Assembly (NCBI GenBank): GCA_964016885.1
Contig: OZ024740.1
Span: 35,278,001 to 35,342,000 of the forward strand
DNA: 64,000 nucleotides
Source: Eledone cirrhosa
Lineage: Eukaryota
Direction: 5' to 3'
Under the pieces are notes generated by a model. It was not told the DNA's origin and did not search any database. It saw only the letters and a list, made by a program, of their open reading frames with translations. Positions 63,601-64,000 of this stretch are shown here, in pieces. Positions within the stretch are counted from its first letter, which is position 1, and every line of letters begins with the position of its first letter. The translations under genes and the position numbers were made by a program.

Positions 63601-64000
63601 AAGTGTTGCCTCCAACTGCTAGAACCCCAAGAAAGTTCATTTTTGTCAAGTGTAGCCCCCTCCTCAACTCCTAGAACCTCAAGAAACTTCATTTTTGTCA
63701 AGTGTAGCCCCAACTCCTAGAATCTCAAGAAACTTCATTTTTGTCAAGTGTAGCCCCAACACCTAGAACCTCAAGAATCTTCATTTTTGTCAAGTGTAGA
63801 CCCCCGACTCCTAGAACCTCAAGAAACTTCACTTTTGTCAAGTGTAGCTCCCCGACTCCTAGAACCTCAAGAAACTTCATTTTTGTCAAGTGTAGCCCCG
63901 ACTCCTAGAACCTCAAGAAACTTCATTTTTATCAAGTGTAGCCTCCAACTCCTAGAACCCCAAGAAAGTTCATTTTTGTCAAGTGTAGCCCCCCCCCAAC
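60633..64000. repeat. ~46-48-bp satellite (GAACCTCAAGAAACTTCATTTTTGTCAAGTGTAGCCCCCAACTCCTA), ~70 units, runs off the right edge
   Basis: Seen directly; unit length varies in the C run. Confidence 0.97.

Overview
Eukaryotic, AT-rich, almost entirely repetitive animal DNA with no complete host gene; the SINE types and microsatellite load suggest a cephalopod such as octopus (inference). From left to right: (1) a 59-bp satellite (1-4331). (2) A ~27.5-kb cluster of non-LTR retrotransposons separated by (TTA)n tracts: R4/Dong-type RT-RLE elements on the - strand and three full-length Tx1/L1-type elements (ORF1 + APE-RT) on the + strand. (3) A small fold-back carrying two hammerhead-like motifs. 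(4) A ~9.7-kb palindrome with ~4-kb near-identical arms around a 5'-truncated Penelope-like GIY-YIG element whose 3' region contains a hammerhead ribozyme. (5) Decayed SINE, R4, Gypsy and CRE remnants. (6) A sister Tx1 family ending in (ATCT)n. (7) A CA-rich tract and a ~47-bp satellite with higher-order structure. All identities and family calls were made by eye, with no database searches.
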